Source of the DNA: Amphiscolops sp. MND2022
Taxonomy: Eukaryota
DNA length: 64,000 nt
Assembly: GCA_964187785.1 (NCBI GenBank)
Contig: OZ076421.1
Location: 58,032,001 to 58,096,000, forward strand
Direction of reading: 5' to 3'
Of the stretch, positions 24,678-35,768 are shown in pieces. The position numbers and the translations under genes are program-made. Numbering within the stretch: position 1 is the stretch's first letter; each line of letters opens with the position of its first letter. Below the pieces are notes generated by a model. It was not told the DNA's origin and searched no databases. It saw nothing but the letters and a program-made list of their open reading frames with translations.

Positions 24678-25408
24678 ACGGCTTCTTTCTGAGTTCTATG
24701 CCACAGTTGAATTATTCTTCTGTATGCAGGCATTTGTCTCTGGATCTTGATATCCGCATTACTAGGCCTTTTGCAACCCACTTTTATTTAGCCTTCTTGA
24801 GTCAAACTTGAACTTTTATAAGTTTTCTTTTTTGACCGTAATTATAACGCGGAATACAAATTAGAGATCTCCAATGGTTTCTAATTGTTCAAGGTGTCCC
24901 GAAGCTACTAGTTTGTCTACTTTTTTAACATCTTACATTTTATAAGGCTTTGGTCTTGCTTGCCGTTGGAAAAGTTACAATTTGTAGTCATTTGCTAAGA
25001 TTTGATGTTTATTAGAATTCAGTTGATCATTTTTCGTAACTGTTTTTCAGACAGTTTACGGCTAGTAAAATTTTAAAACTCATTTCCTCAGTAATCTTGG
25101 GGATATTCTGACGTTGTGTTCTTTTTAAGGTCATTTTGTTTCCGAAGGAATTGGTTTCGTTTTGAATTTTGAAAACTTTTCTCCAGTGGTGTTGTTTTGC
25201 GTCTTTGCATATTTTCAGATTGTAGGGCATACTGTAACCTGTGAACTTCTTCGTTTGATGATGGATTCTTCGATTGTGTTCGCTGATTTTGGTGTCCACT
25301 ACGTAGTGGGTGTTACCATCTACTGTGACCTTGTTGGTGTCGGTTTTGATGTCGATATCATGGGTTCTTTTGGTGTTTATGGGCTGAATAGTTCGGTTCT
25401 GTTTCCCA

Positions 25409-27660
25409 GTGTTTATAACCTCTTTTGAAAATGGTATTGGAAATGGCGTAAATGGAACAGACTCAACAACAAACACTATCAAGTTTACAACAGTCTACTA
25501 CAACTTTAACCCGTTCAAAATTAGAGTTGATGACATCTACAAGATAGAAAGCCTTGGGGTTTCATGTAGTACACAATGTTGTTATTGCAGCTGCGCTCAG
25601 AGCGAACTAGAAGCTTCTGAAGCTTCCATCAAAGATGAAAAATAATTGATCAACGACTATCTTTTGAAAATAAAGTTTGGACTGCAAGATATCCTTGGAT
25701 TAGGAATCCGTCCGAGATACCTATTTACACGCTTACTGCCGAAAAAAGTTACAAATAACAGAGGAGAACTCTTGAAAAATGAGAAATAAGCTGGCACTTA
25801 TCAAAATCATCAACAAGATAAGTTGGATTGGGGTGTTGTTAAAAGATTAGATGAAAGAGACTTGAACTACGATGGTCCAGTGCGTTACATGCTTCAGTTT
25901 TCAGGCCTTGCAGAATTGTTTTTAACGCATCTGGTAATTACAAAAACGTTCTCATCGATTATTGGCGAAAGGTCCGGAACTTCTCGGAAGTTTATTGGGA
26001 ATCTTTATAAGGTTTTGTGAAAAACCATGCGACGTTTTTGATCTTTTGAAAGATGTATCATAGAATTCGAATGGCATTGGAAGACCAACACACCCAGAGA
26101 ATCGTTTGACAAGAATTTCGTCTAGCTGATGAACCGGACGAATTCATGATGCAAGCGGTTTCTTTTGGAAACCGACTTGTAGCACTAATTGCTCAGCTAG
26201 CTTTTCAGAAAACAGCTGAATTCGCTTCTGATGACTATATTGAAGAAAAATTAGGTATAGAGATGTTGACTTACATGGATGACGTTACTGATAGCCTCAA
26301 AAGCTTGGATATTGCGAAACCTCGCGCTTTTGATCTGGAAGAGTTACTTCCTGTGTGTTCTTCCAAAACAAGAAAAAAAAGATGTTTTCAGGAAAGAAGA
26401 AACCAACGTTTGCCTTGCTATTACATTTGAAAGTGAAAAAACACTTGGACTGACTTGTAATTTGAAAACGATGCTTTCGAGTTTAAATCTAATGTAGTGA
26501 TTAAAACAAAATCTTCTACCAAGCAGCATACAAATTTGAAGGTTTTGAGGCCTAATCCCTGAGCATGACAAGACGTCAAGCTCTCAACTAATTCAGATCA
26601 ATTTCTGACCATTTGAGGCTGGCTTCTCCCTTGACGGTAAACGCAAAGGTCTTTAAGTGAAAAACTTGAGGAGTCAACAGGTCGGCTGACTGGGACAAAA
26701 CCCTTCCCTTGTCATCGCATGCCGAATGGTTACAACCTTCGAAGATTTTTTTGAAATGAGATATGTCTTTTTCCTTCGTGGTATGTGGTATCAAATCAAA
26801 GAATGCTTTTAGAAAACCACAGTTAGTCGTCTTCAGCGACACATCAAAGGAAGCATTCGGTGCATGTTCTTATGCAGTGTGGAAAAACGAAGACGGATCT
26901 CATGTATTGACTTTAATTTTAACTAGAAAAAGCTTCCTGGAGTTCCCGTAACCATTCATTCCGACTCAGGCACTCAACTAGTTGTAGCCAACAAAGTAGT
27001 TCAAGGCAATTTCAAGGTGATGAAAGAAGATTTCCTCCTGAGAGAGTAAACCTCAGATGATTACGGTGGAGGTGTGCACCCATGGAGACAAGCTTGCGCT
27101 GCATAGCTAATGAACTCAGTAAGAAGTGCTTCGTTTTTGCTTTTACAAGTCAAGTCCTATCGTTGATGGAGATACAAACTACCTTGTTCGAGGTACCAAA
27201 CCAACTGAATGATCGGCCATTCGAAGACATCCAATTCACCCTGATGATGTCTCCAAGAATCTGGTTTCGGCCGTACTCAGAACTAAACTGTGCCGTTTCT
27301 ACCATACAATGGATGTAACTTGACCCGTCAGAATCTCGTCGAAAATGTTTCGGACAGCTTCCTGAAAAAATGGCAACGAAAAGTCTGCCACAGATGTGCT
27401 TCTACAAAAAAAGGCGTAATACTCACAGGAACTTTGAAAAGGATGATGTTGTGTTAGTGGAAGATGAAGGTACAGTTAGGCGATGTAAAGGGTGATTGAT
27501 GTTAGGAAGATTTCGAAAAGTATATCTTGCACGAGCTGGATAAGCGAGAGATGTCGAAATTGAAATTGGCGCAAAGAAAAGAGTTAAGGCTTGCTTGTCC
27601 ATGCCCAGGCCAATTCAGAATCTTGTGTCGATTCCTCCTAGAGGAACAATGAATAACAGG
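25409..27660 (+). mobile_element. BEL/Pao retrotransposon pol remnant
   Basis: ESLGVSCSTQCCYCSC, VWTARYPW, QAVSFG, TYMDD, EKTLGL, TRRQAL, DWDKTLP, VFSDTSKEAFGACSY, NQLNDRP and FEKDDVVLVEDE occur in Pao order across stops and frameshifts. Confidence 0.8.
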
Positions 27661-28183
27661 AAAACTTCAAACCTGATATGTTGAAGTTGATGAAGTAGTT
27701 AAACTGTCAAACTGTCCACGGGAATTTTGCTCAATCAGAAGACATGGCGAGAGTTCGTCATTCAGATAACTCGTAATTTGATTAAATCAGCTCGCACATC
27801 AAAAAGCCATGAACAACTTTGTAACTATTGATATGATTGTCAATTTGGAAGGACTTTTATTTTTTGCATTGTGGTTAATTAACCTTTCAGTATTTCAATA
27901 CACACGGTAAATAGAAAAATAGAATTGTGTAACAACCCAATTTTTGTACCGATTTGAAAACACAAAACAGTTTTGACAAAACAGAGTTTTGACAAAACAC
28001 CTGCAGCTTCTTCCCCACGACGTTTTCCTCTTATTCGGAAGATATGTTGAATGAAAAGAGTGGCCTGTACGCTGACGTGAAGCTTTTGAACAGGTCCAGC
28101 AGTCTGTACTTAAGTTTTGAAGAATTTTTTGTGTTTAAACGTTAAGAGTTTTTTGTTTTACTTTTACACTAATTATTGATGTT

Positions 28184-28490
28184 TTGCGACAGAATGGTTG
28201 TTGGAAAATTCCAGAGGGCCCCATTTCAGTTTTTTCTGGCATTGTGAGACTTTTTTTCAAAATTAATATTTCCAACGGATCCCTCCTTCAGTTTTATGAT
28301 GTTTTGCAATATTGGATGTTAAAAATTTCGAAATGGTCCCCAGAAGGACCGGGCACGTCAATTCGGTCCCACTTTTGTGTTTTTCAGGTACTGTAAAAGA
28401 ATACTTGATACTTTGAAGTCCTTTTGCTCTCTTTGAGCCTTAGATATGGCACCGAACTATGCCATTCCCGGCTTATTATTATTTCTGCCG
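28184..28490. repeat. Interspersed T-rich repeat ending in a GAGCCTTAGATATGGCGCCGACTT...GTTCCCGGCTT motif (copy 1)
   Basis: The same terminal motif recurs at about 49900, 50761, 51231 and 60648. Confidence 0.7.
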
Positions 28491-28556
28491 GTATGAAAAC
28501 TGAGTTCAAATCCGGAAGCATTATTCGTGACAATATACGGAGACATCCCATCAGCG

Positions 28557-29023
28557 NNNNNNNNNNNNNNNNNNNNNNNNNNNNNNNNNNNNNNNNNNNN
28601 NNNNNNNNNNNNNNNNNNNNNNNNNNNNNNNNNNNNNNNNNNNNNNNNNNNNNNNNNNNNNNNNNNNNNNNNNNNNNNNNNNNNNNNNNNNNNNNNNNNN
28701 NNNNNNNNNNNNNNNNNNNNNNNNNNNNNNNNNNNNNNNNNNNNNNNNNNNNNNNNNNNNNNNNNNNNNNNNNNNNNNNNNNNNNNNNNNNNNNNNNNNN
28801 NNNNNNNNNNNNNNNNNNNNNNNNNNNNNNNNNNNNNNNNNNNNNNNNNNNNNNNNNNNNNNNNNNNNNNNNNNNNNNNNNNNNNNNNNNNNNNNNNNNN
28901 NNNNNNNNNNNNNNNNNNNNNNNNNNNNNNNNNNNNNNNNNNNNNNNNNNNNNNNNNNNNNNNNNNNNNNNNNNNNNNNNNNNNNNNNNNNNNNNNNNNN
29001 NNNNNNNNNNNNNNNNNNNNNNN
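28557..29023. other. Assembly gap (467 N)
   Basis: Run of N. Confidence 1.
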
Positions 29024-29793
29024 TCCTCATTTTGTTGAGAGAACTGATTTAGAAAGTGGTAAAATGAGCAGAAGCTGTTAAAATTTGAAAAAAAATTATC
29101 TTTCGTCGTGCATGTTTGGAAAAGTAGTTATTGAATGCGCTCGTTAGCCGATTCCACGATATGATTTTGATGTATTTTTCGAGTAAATTAGACTTCGTAA
29201 GTAGTTCACATTGGACTCAACTTCCACTGAGGGGTGCAATGGAGTCCGGGCAATGTTCAATGCAGATTTATGCTGTCAACACCCCAAATGTTCTTTAAGT
29301 GGAATCCACTGAAGAAGCCACGAAGCGGCCGTTCGGCACTGTTTTGGACTTATAAGTTCACTATTTTAGTTGGTACTTGATGAAAGCTGATCAAAGTTCT
29401 GTAATACTTTCCATTGCTTTTATATTGGTTAAATTGTTGTATTTGCTTAAAAAGGACAATAATTTAGCGCAGGGGAAAAATAAGCTGACAATTCATTCTC
29501 GTTTCAAGTTTTAGTTTTATGAGTTCGGATATTCATTCGACATTCATTAGCAACCCGAAGTAAATCTTTCAGAAGAACTATGATCACAAACAATTTTCAA
29601 CAGAGTTTGTCAACAGAGTAAACTATTGAGATCAAACTAAATATTGTCCTACTTTCACAACCATTTGTTTCAGCTTTCTCAGCTGTTGGTAACCAATGTA
29701 TTCAACCTTTGATTGAATTTCTACGTCTGATATTCAATATCCTTCAAAATCAAGTGTTCAAGTCTCCAAGTTTAGGAACTGCGAGATAGTGTG

Positions 29794-30096
29794 ATGAATC
29801 TCATCAGCGCCACAATTTTGTTGATCATTACAATTACAAGTTTTGTATTAGAAGGCTCTTGTATAATAGGGGGTCATCTTGCGCCTGATTATCCCTTTTT
29901 TGTGACTGTTAAGTTCAATGGGAAAACGTGTGGTGGTACAATTGTGGCTTCCAATTCAATCCTAACTGCGGCCAGATGTATTTTTGACGAGGGAACGGGC
30001 ACTTTCGCCTGGCCGGACGAAATAGAAATTAGGAAACCAGTGGCCGGCCAGATTCCGAGACAGTTATCTTGTCAAACATACATATACCACAATCAG
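29794..30096 (+). CDS. Trypsin-like serine-protease homolog, exon 1
   Basis: Signal peptide, IIGG, CGGTIVA and LTAARC (catalytic His replaced by Arg); phase-0 donor CAG|GT at 30096/30097. Confidence 0.8.
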
Positions 30097-30739
30097 GTTA
30101 AACTTTCAGACATATTGAGTCAATTCAAAACCGCGCAAAAAAGCACTTTTGGTTATTTTTAAAGTTCCAAACGTCGGGGAAAAGTTTTGGAAAAAAAACT
30201 GCTATAAATGATGAGATTAATTTGACTGCACATTGTTATAGAAGCAACCCAATTTTCCATTGAAGCATTTCAGATTGAAAACCTTACCTTCTTGGAAACT
30301 TGCGTGAAAAAGAAGTATTTCAATAGATCCAATATGGATCAAAATTTCCAAGTAACATTTTCGAGAACAATTTCACTCATGCAGACTCGACTTTTCGGGC
30401 TGCTCGCAATCTCATTGGATAAAAATGGAACTAGCACGATTGTTGTAGAAAAGTTCTACAGGCATGAAAATTAGGACGCATTGTATTCCTTTTCCTCCCG
30501 CGCGTCGCGGCGGCGGCATTTGTATTATTTAGTCACAAAGCGTAGCACAGTATTTGCATAAAGCACGTGACGAATACCGAGCACAAAAGTTGAACAATAT
30601 ATGAATACAATCACAGCATACTCACTGAGGACGACTTAAAATTAATAAAAGGAACATACTAACGATCGGCAACGTATACTATTTTTCTTTCAATCTCCTA
30701 ACCGCCATACAATGATACTCCCCTCATGACTCCAGATAT

Positions 30740-31479
30740 CTACAAGCTAAATAGATACTTCCGTGTGTAGGTCCTTTGTGACATCCGCGGTACACAATCC
30801 ACTCGCGTGACCGCTCGAAGTATTCGTAGATCGTGACTCCAAGCTCGCGAGCGATGACGCGTGTGTCGGTCTGTGAGAGGAAGTATGTGTCCCCAGGACC
30901 GTCGGGGGGAAGTCCGCACCCAGTGCTGAATGGCCACCGCCGCTTTGATACTCCCGGTCAAAATAACGCTTAAAGTAGTGCAGACACAATTATGAGGACT
31001 CGGGCAATTAACTAATTTCGGTCTAAATTTTGAAGCATCACTTTCCTCGTGATTGCTCGTTTTAAAATGCTTCATCCATTTAATGCCGATCTTTCTGCAT
31101 AAAAATTTTCTCTTCTTTTTGGAACAATGAACCATAGGACCACTCCGTCGAACGGGGATACGGGAGTCAGCGCAAAAGGAACAATTAGCTACAATGTCTG
31201 CACATGCAAGTCTCAAATAAGGAACGATAAAAATATCACGGGCACGAAGGTAAAGATCATTTGCAGGGGGTGGCTCTCTCTTTCATGTAAACTCCGTAAG
31301 TGATCCTCGATCTCATCAGAGAGTAAAATGCGGCGGCACCCACAAAATAATCGCCCGTCAATAAATTGGCACTGCTTAGCTTTCCGTCTGAGGGATCTTC
31401 GGTCATTCAGGGAAAATGTAGGCGGGAAAGTTTTTGAAGTAAAATACAAAACGAACGCCAAAAAGAGTTCTTTATCCAT
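30740..31479 (-). pseudogene. Antisense LTR-encoded protein with an integrase H2C2 zinc-binding domain and no catalytic core
   Basis: ATG at 31479. MDKELF...SLRRKAKQCQFIDGRLF...LRSLHERESHP, then across a 1-nt frameshift (~31265) ANDLYLRARDIFIVPYLRLACADIVANCSFC. Confidence 0.7.
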
Positions 31480-31716
31480 GATGCAAGTTTTCACGTGAAA
31501 TAGATATCAACTGTTTGTTGTAAGGTGAATGGAATAAACTGACTGCGTACGCACGTGAGTTGCGCACTATGCTAGCGCTCGCTACGGGAAGGCCGCTACA
31601 ACGCTGCGGAAGGGATTATTACGTCATGAATACAGGGAACCTGCTCCGCTAGCCGCAGCAACTTGTGACGTCACAGCAAATGGAAAATAGGACATCAGAT
31701 TTTAGTATTTTTGGGA

Positions 31717-32175
31717 CCTGACCACTTTTTTCCTCGCTAGCCCTTTTACCTTAAAAATGGTCCGATTTAAATGAAATTTGACACGAATATAATAGAAGGC
31801 ATGTGGAAACTACATACAAAATTTCAGCTCGCTACGACTACCGCAACCCTAGTTTTTTCAACTCGGAAGTGGGCTATGTCAAAAAGGTTCTCTGCAACCC
31901 GACCACTTTTTTCCGCGCTAGCCCTCTTACCTGAAAACTTGTCCGATTTGGATGAAAATTTGCACAATTATACTACTGATCAATGAATACCTACTCGTAA
32001 AATTTGATATTCGTACGCTCACTTTTTTCCTTGCTAGCCCTTTGGCCCTAAAAATCGTCAGATTCGAATGAAAATTGGCACACTTGAATTAAAGATAATC
32101 GACCACCTACATGCAAAAATCCAGATTGCTAAAACCACTCCGAACCCCCGTTTTCGAACCCGGAAGTGGGTGAAT
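31717..32175. repeat. Three degenerate ~130-190-bp tandem units inside the LTR
   Basis: Recurring CACTTTTTTCC..GCTAGCCC...AAAA..GTC(C/A)GATT...ATGAAA.TT.G.CAC at about 31720, 31903 and 32021; mirrored in the 3' LTR. Confidence 0.6.
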
Positions 32176-33979
32176 TGACATTAACCGGAAGTTCTAGAAA
32201 TAACCCTTAAACCAAGTTCCAGGGCCCATCATTATCGCCCAAACGGAATGAAAACGCCTCTCAACTAAGTATGGGTCATTTCGAAATAGTTTTTTGGTCG
32301 TTTGACCCTAAATAAGCTCAAACTATCGAAAATTCGGAAACCCTAAAACCCAAAACCAAAAAAATCATTCAAACTTGTTTAATTCAACAAGGGGGGGGGC
32401 ATCATGAAGCTTATTTTTACCACCCTATTAGTCGTTGGGGCATTGGAAATGTCCGGGGAGATCCAAATTGATCCTGGAAACGGGAAACGGTATATTCGAG
32501 ATTCGAGAAAATAACCCTAACCCTAAATTTGGAAATGACCCATACGGCCGTTGCAAATAGTGGTGTTGTATATCGATCGAAACGGCGTCGTGTCCCGAGG
32601 CCTATTAAAGTGCCCATTTTTCAAATTTCAACCAATTTGATTCATTTTTCCTTTTCTAGGGTTTTTCAAGAGAAAATCGGGTTCTACATATATTGAGATT
32701 AGTGATCGGAATTTTTCAAACTTCGAATGACCTAAAATAGCATGATGCTTATATCAGCGCGACTACGGAATTCTCCAAGCAGCGTTACGCAAAACCTCAT
32801 TAATTATGCAGATCGCATTACGCTCCGCCAGCTGCAGATAAAGTATTAGCAAAGCAAGCCCCTTTACAGTGCGGCGAACGCTCTTTCAAGTGGAACACTT
32901 TTGTTTATTGCAATTATGTAGCCTCGAGGAACAATTTATCTATTGCTTCTGTATTGAGCATATTTAATGACGTTGAGCTATTGAACAACTGCGGGAAGCT
33001 GACAGCTTTATTGATATAATAGACTGCGAGGCGCCGATGCGACTCTGTCAGCTGCATTAATGAGGCCGCTTGTGTTCTTTACTGTTCCACTTGAAAACGC
33101 AAGCGTTAAGATGAAAAATAGATTAAATACGATGACAAACAAAATATCTAATAAAGCCCGGCAGTTCATGCTGATCCAGATAAGCGAAAACCGATAAATA
33201 ATAAAAATTTTGCAGAGAAGCAATAAAAAAACCGACGCCCTCGGACGCAATAAAATAAAAAAAAACGAAACCGGCTCGTCGGAAACGAAAGAGGAGAGAG
33301 AGAGAGACAAACCGTGTAGAGAATAGTTGTGTGCTCAGAGAAGAGAAAATAGTGAAAAAAGAAAAACATTGAGAGGCCGGGCCCCTCATACAGAAAATAC
33401 CACATACATTTTTGCTTGATTGTCTAATTAGTGAGCTGAGAAACACGTTGAACCCAACCCCATTCAATTAACGTTGTTTGTATTGATTACCCGGTGCCGC
33501 TCGTACGCACCTGTATCTATTTGGAAGCATTTTGTGTTTGTGTATTCGAGTAGTTACTTTCCATATTTCTCACCCGTATTTATTTGAAGCACTATTGTTA
33601 TTCGTGGGTACACTGTGTTTAAATATAAAGAAACCCCGTTTATTTGAAGTCTTGTTTGCTGAATATTCCCGCTATCCAGGGAAAAGTAGTGTTTCTTTCG
33701 CTTTCAAAAAGAATAATTGATTGTTGTGTGGCGTTCTTTTGCCAAACAAGAGCCGAGGCCCTGATAGAGACAGGTCGAACTCAGAAAAAAGGGAAAAACT
33801 GATTGAACGTTGAATAACTGGAACCTTTTCTGCCCGTTGCTGCCTGCTACCTTTCGGTATAAAAAAATCTTGTGGAACACCTAGCTCTCGATTCGCCTCG
33901 TCGAGAGTGTCGCGACTCAAATAGGTGTTGATTGTCGGTCGCAGTCATAAAAAAAGCCGGGCCGACAACTTTTCTACAG

Positions 33980-33997
33980 TGGCGCTCCTGGGTGGGC
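33980..33997 (+). promoter_or_regulatory. Primer-binding site, tRNA-Asn-like
   Basis: TGGCGCTCCTGGGTGGGC one base after the LTR; close to the recalled Asn-type PBS TGGCGTCCCTGGGTGGGC. The tRNA identity is inference. Confidence 0.75.
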
Positions 33998-34428
33998 CAC
34001 CAACGCAGCAGCAACCAGTTATTAGCGTCATTATTTCTCAACTTTCCGAGATAGTTTGTGAGCTTGTTATACTTGTTTTGTTAGTTACTTTTCTGATAGC
34101 GATTACGATTGCTTTTACCGCCTGGAACAGAGTTAGAGATTCCATTGAATTCCCGTTTAGATCATTCAAGTCTACCCTAGTTTACCCGAGTTTTGGATTT
34201 ATCCATTGAAAGTGGATCCCGAAGACGTCTATTTTGAATTTGCATTTCCTTGCTTGGGAATTGTTTATTGCCCGTTAACGATTGGATCAGCCATCATTCT
34301 TTTGTGGTTTGCTTACTTGAGATTTGTTATCTGGCTCATTCTTGAACTGCCTTACGACCGGGAGACAATCGCTTTCGTTATCGACGTTATTGGTCCAGAG
34401 TTAGCAGACAGCTGAGCAGAGCAACGAG

Positions 34429-35768
34429 ATGTCACTCGATCAACGCACCCCGAAGTCGGTGTGGGACGATGAGTCTGACCACGAGCAGTCCGGAAGTCAA
34501 AGTCATGGCCTCCTGCAAGAAGCATCCTCGAGACAAAATCAATCTGGCAGCAATGCGAACAGCCCGTCGAAGGATGCTGAGCTGGAGCAACTACGCAGTC
34601 AAGTGAAGGACCTTTCCGTTGCTATGGAAGGTTTGCAGAAAGGCAAGCGGAGGCTAAATTTCGCTACTAGATCGTCCGGTGTGAGTCCAAGTCAGCGCCC
34701 ACCGACTGCAGAACGGGAACCCCAAGTGCTGCTGGCCTTGCATCCTGAACGATTCCCCTCCAAGGACTACCCCAGCTGGCGAATGTGGCAGCAGCACTTC
34801 CGCAGCGTGTGTCGCGCCAACGGTTGGAGTGATGCGAAAAGCCTGCAGGTCTTAGCAGCTATTTTGAGTGGCTGGGCTACTGATGAATTCCACTCTGCAC
34901 CTGAGAGATTCCAGAATGATCTCGCTGAGATGTTGCAATTTCTGAAAGGCCGCTTGTCACCTTATCGGAATGAACGCATCTCACGGGGCGAGTTCAAAAA
35001 CTTGTATCAAGGGGCCGAGGAGACATTGAGCGAATTCGCCCGCAAGATTCGGAATGTGGGGAATCGCGCTTATCCCGAGGTGGCAGTGAACCAAAGAGAT
35101 CAGTTTCTACGCGAGCAGTTCATTGAAGGCTTGTACGACATGGACGTACAAGTAGAGTTGTTGAAGGAACCCGAACAGGACGTTTGGAGACCTTGACACG
35201 TGCCCAACAGCTTGACTCAATCCGCAGAACCGCGCGAAACAACCCAAGGCGCCGAACGCAAGGTCACGTGCGGTTCGTCGCAGTAGACGAAACCCAAGAA
35301 GAGAGCTGCCACCGACTGCCAGAGAAAAGCAATGCCGTTGCTAGATCCCCGACACCCCCTGGTGAGAAGAGCCTGGCCTCTGAGGTTCCCATTGGTGAGA
35401 CCTTGGCGGCAATTCAGACGACGCTTGAGTTGCAGCATAAGGCAACCACTTACAACCAGTCGCTGATGGAGAAAACCAACACGAGGCTGGACAGGCTGAC
35501 CGAGCACACTGTGAATAACAACGAAAAACTGACTTCAGCGATCGAAACTCTAACCGATGCTATCAAGACGCTGACAACCCAGTCGACGAAGCAACTATAC
35601 GATCCAAACAAAGATCGCGGGAGATACGGATGGAAAGGAAATGACGTGTCCCCAGCGCGAGACCGCCCTCCACTTAATATGGCGACAGTCGATTGTTATC
35701 AATGCCACCAAAAGGGACATTTTGCTCGGGACTGTCCCAATCAGCAGCAGAGTGGTCATTTAAACTAG
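34429..35768 (+). pseudogene. gag: Gag with CCHC knuckle; one frameshift near 35185
   Basis: WRMWQQHFRSVCRANGW...REQFIEGL, then CYQCHQKGHFARDC. Confidence 0.9.

Larger units (their letters stand above)
30444..33978 (+). repeat. Element 2 5' LTR (3535 bp)
   Basis: Long direct repeat of 46088-48831, differing by large indels. Confidence 0.93.

Noticed and set aside
24680-25400. Older minus-strand Gypsy tail flanking element 1 (also ~10600-10879)
   Set aside because: The Ser/Thr/Pro-rich fragments are suggestive but show no catalytic motif; too weak to call.
26588-26842. Apparent inversion within the Pao remnant
   Set aside because: The plus strand already gives the expected Pao motifs (TRRQAL, DWDKTLP) in order.
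28424-29081. ORFs of 159-204 aa spanning the gap
   Set aside because: Artefacts of translating N bases.
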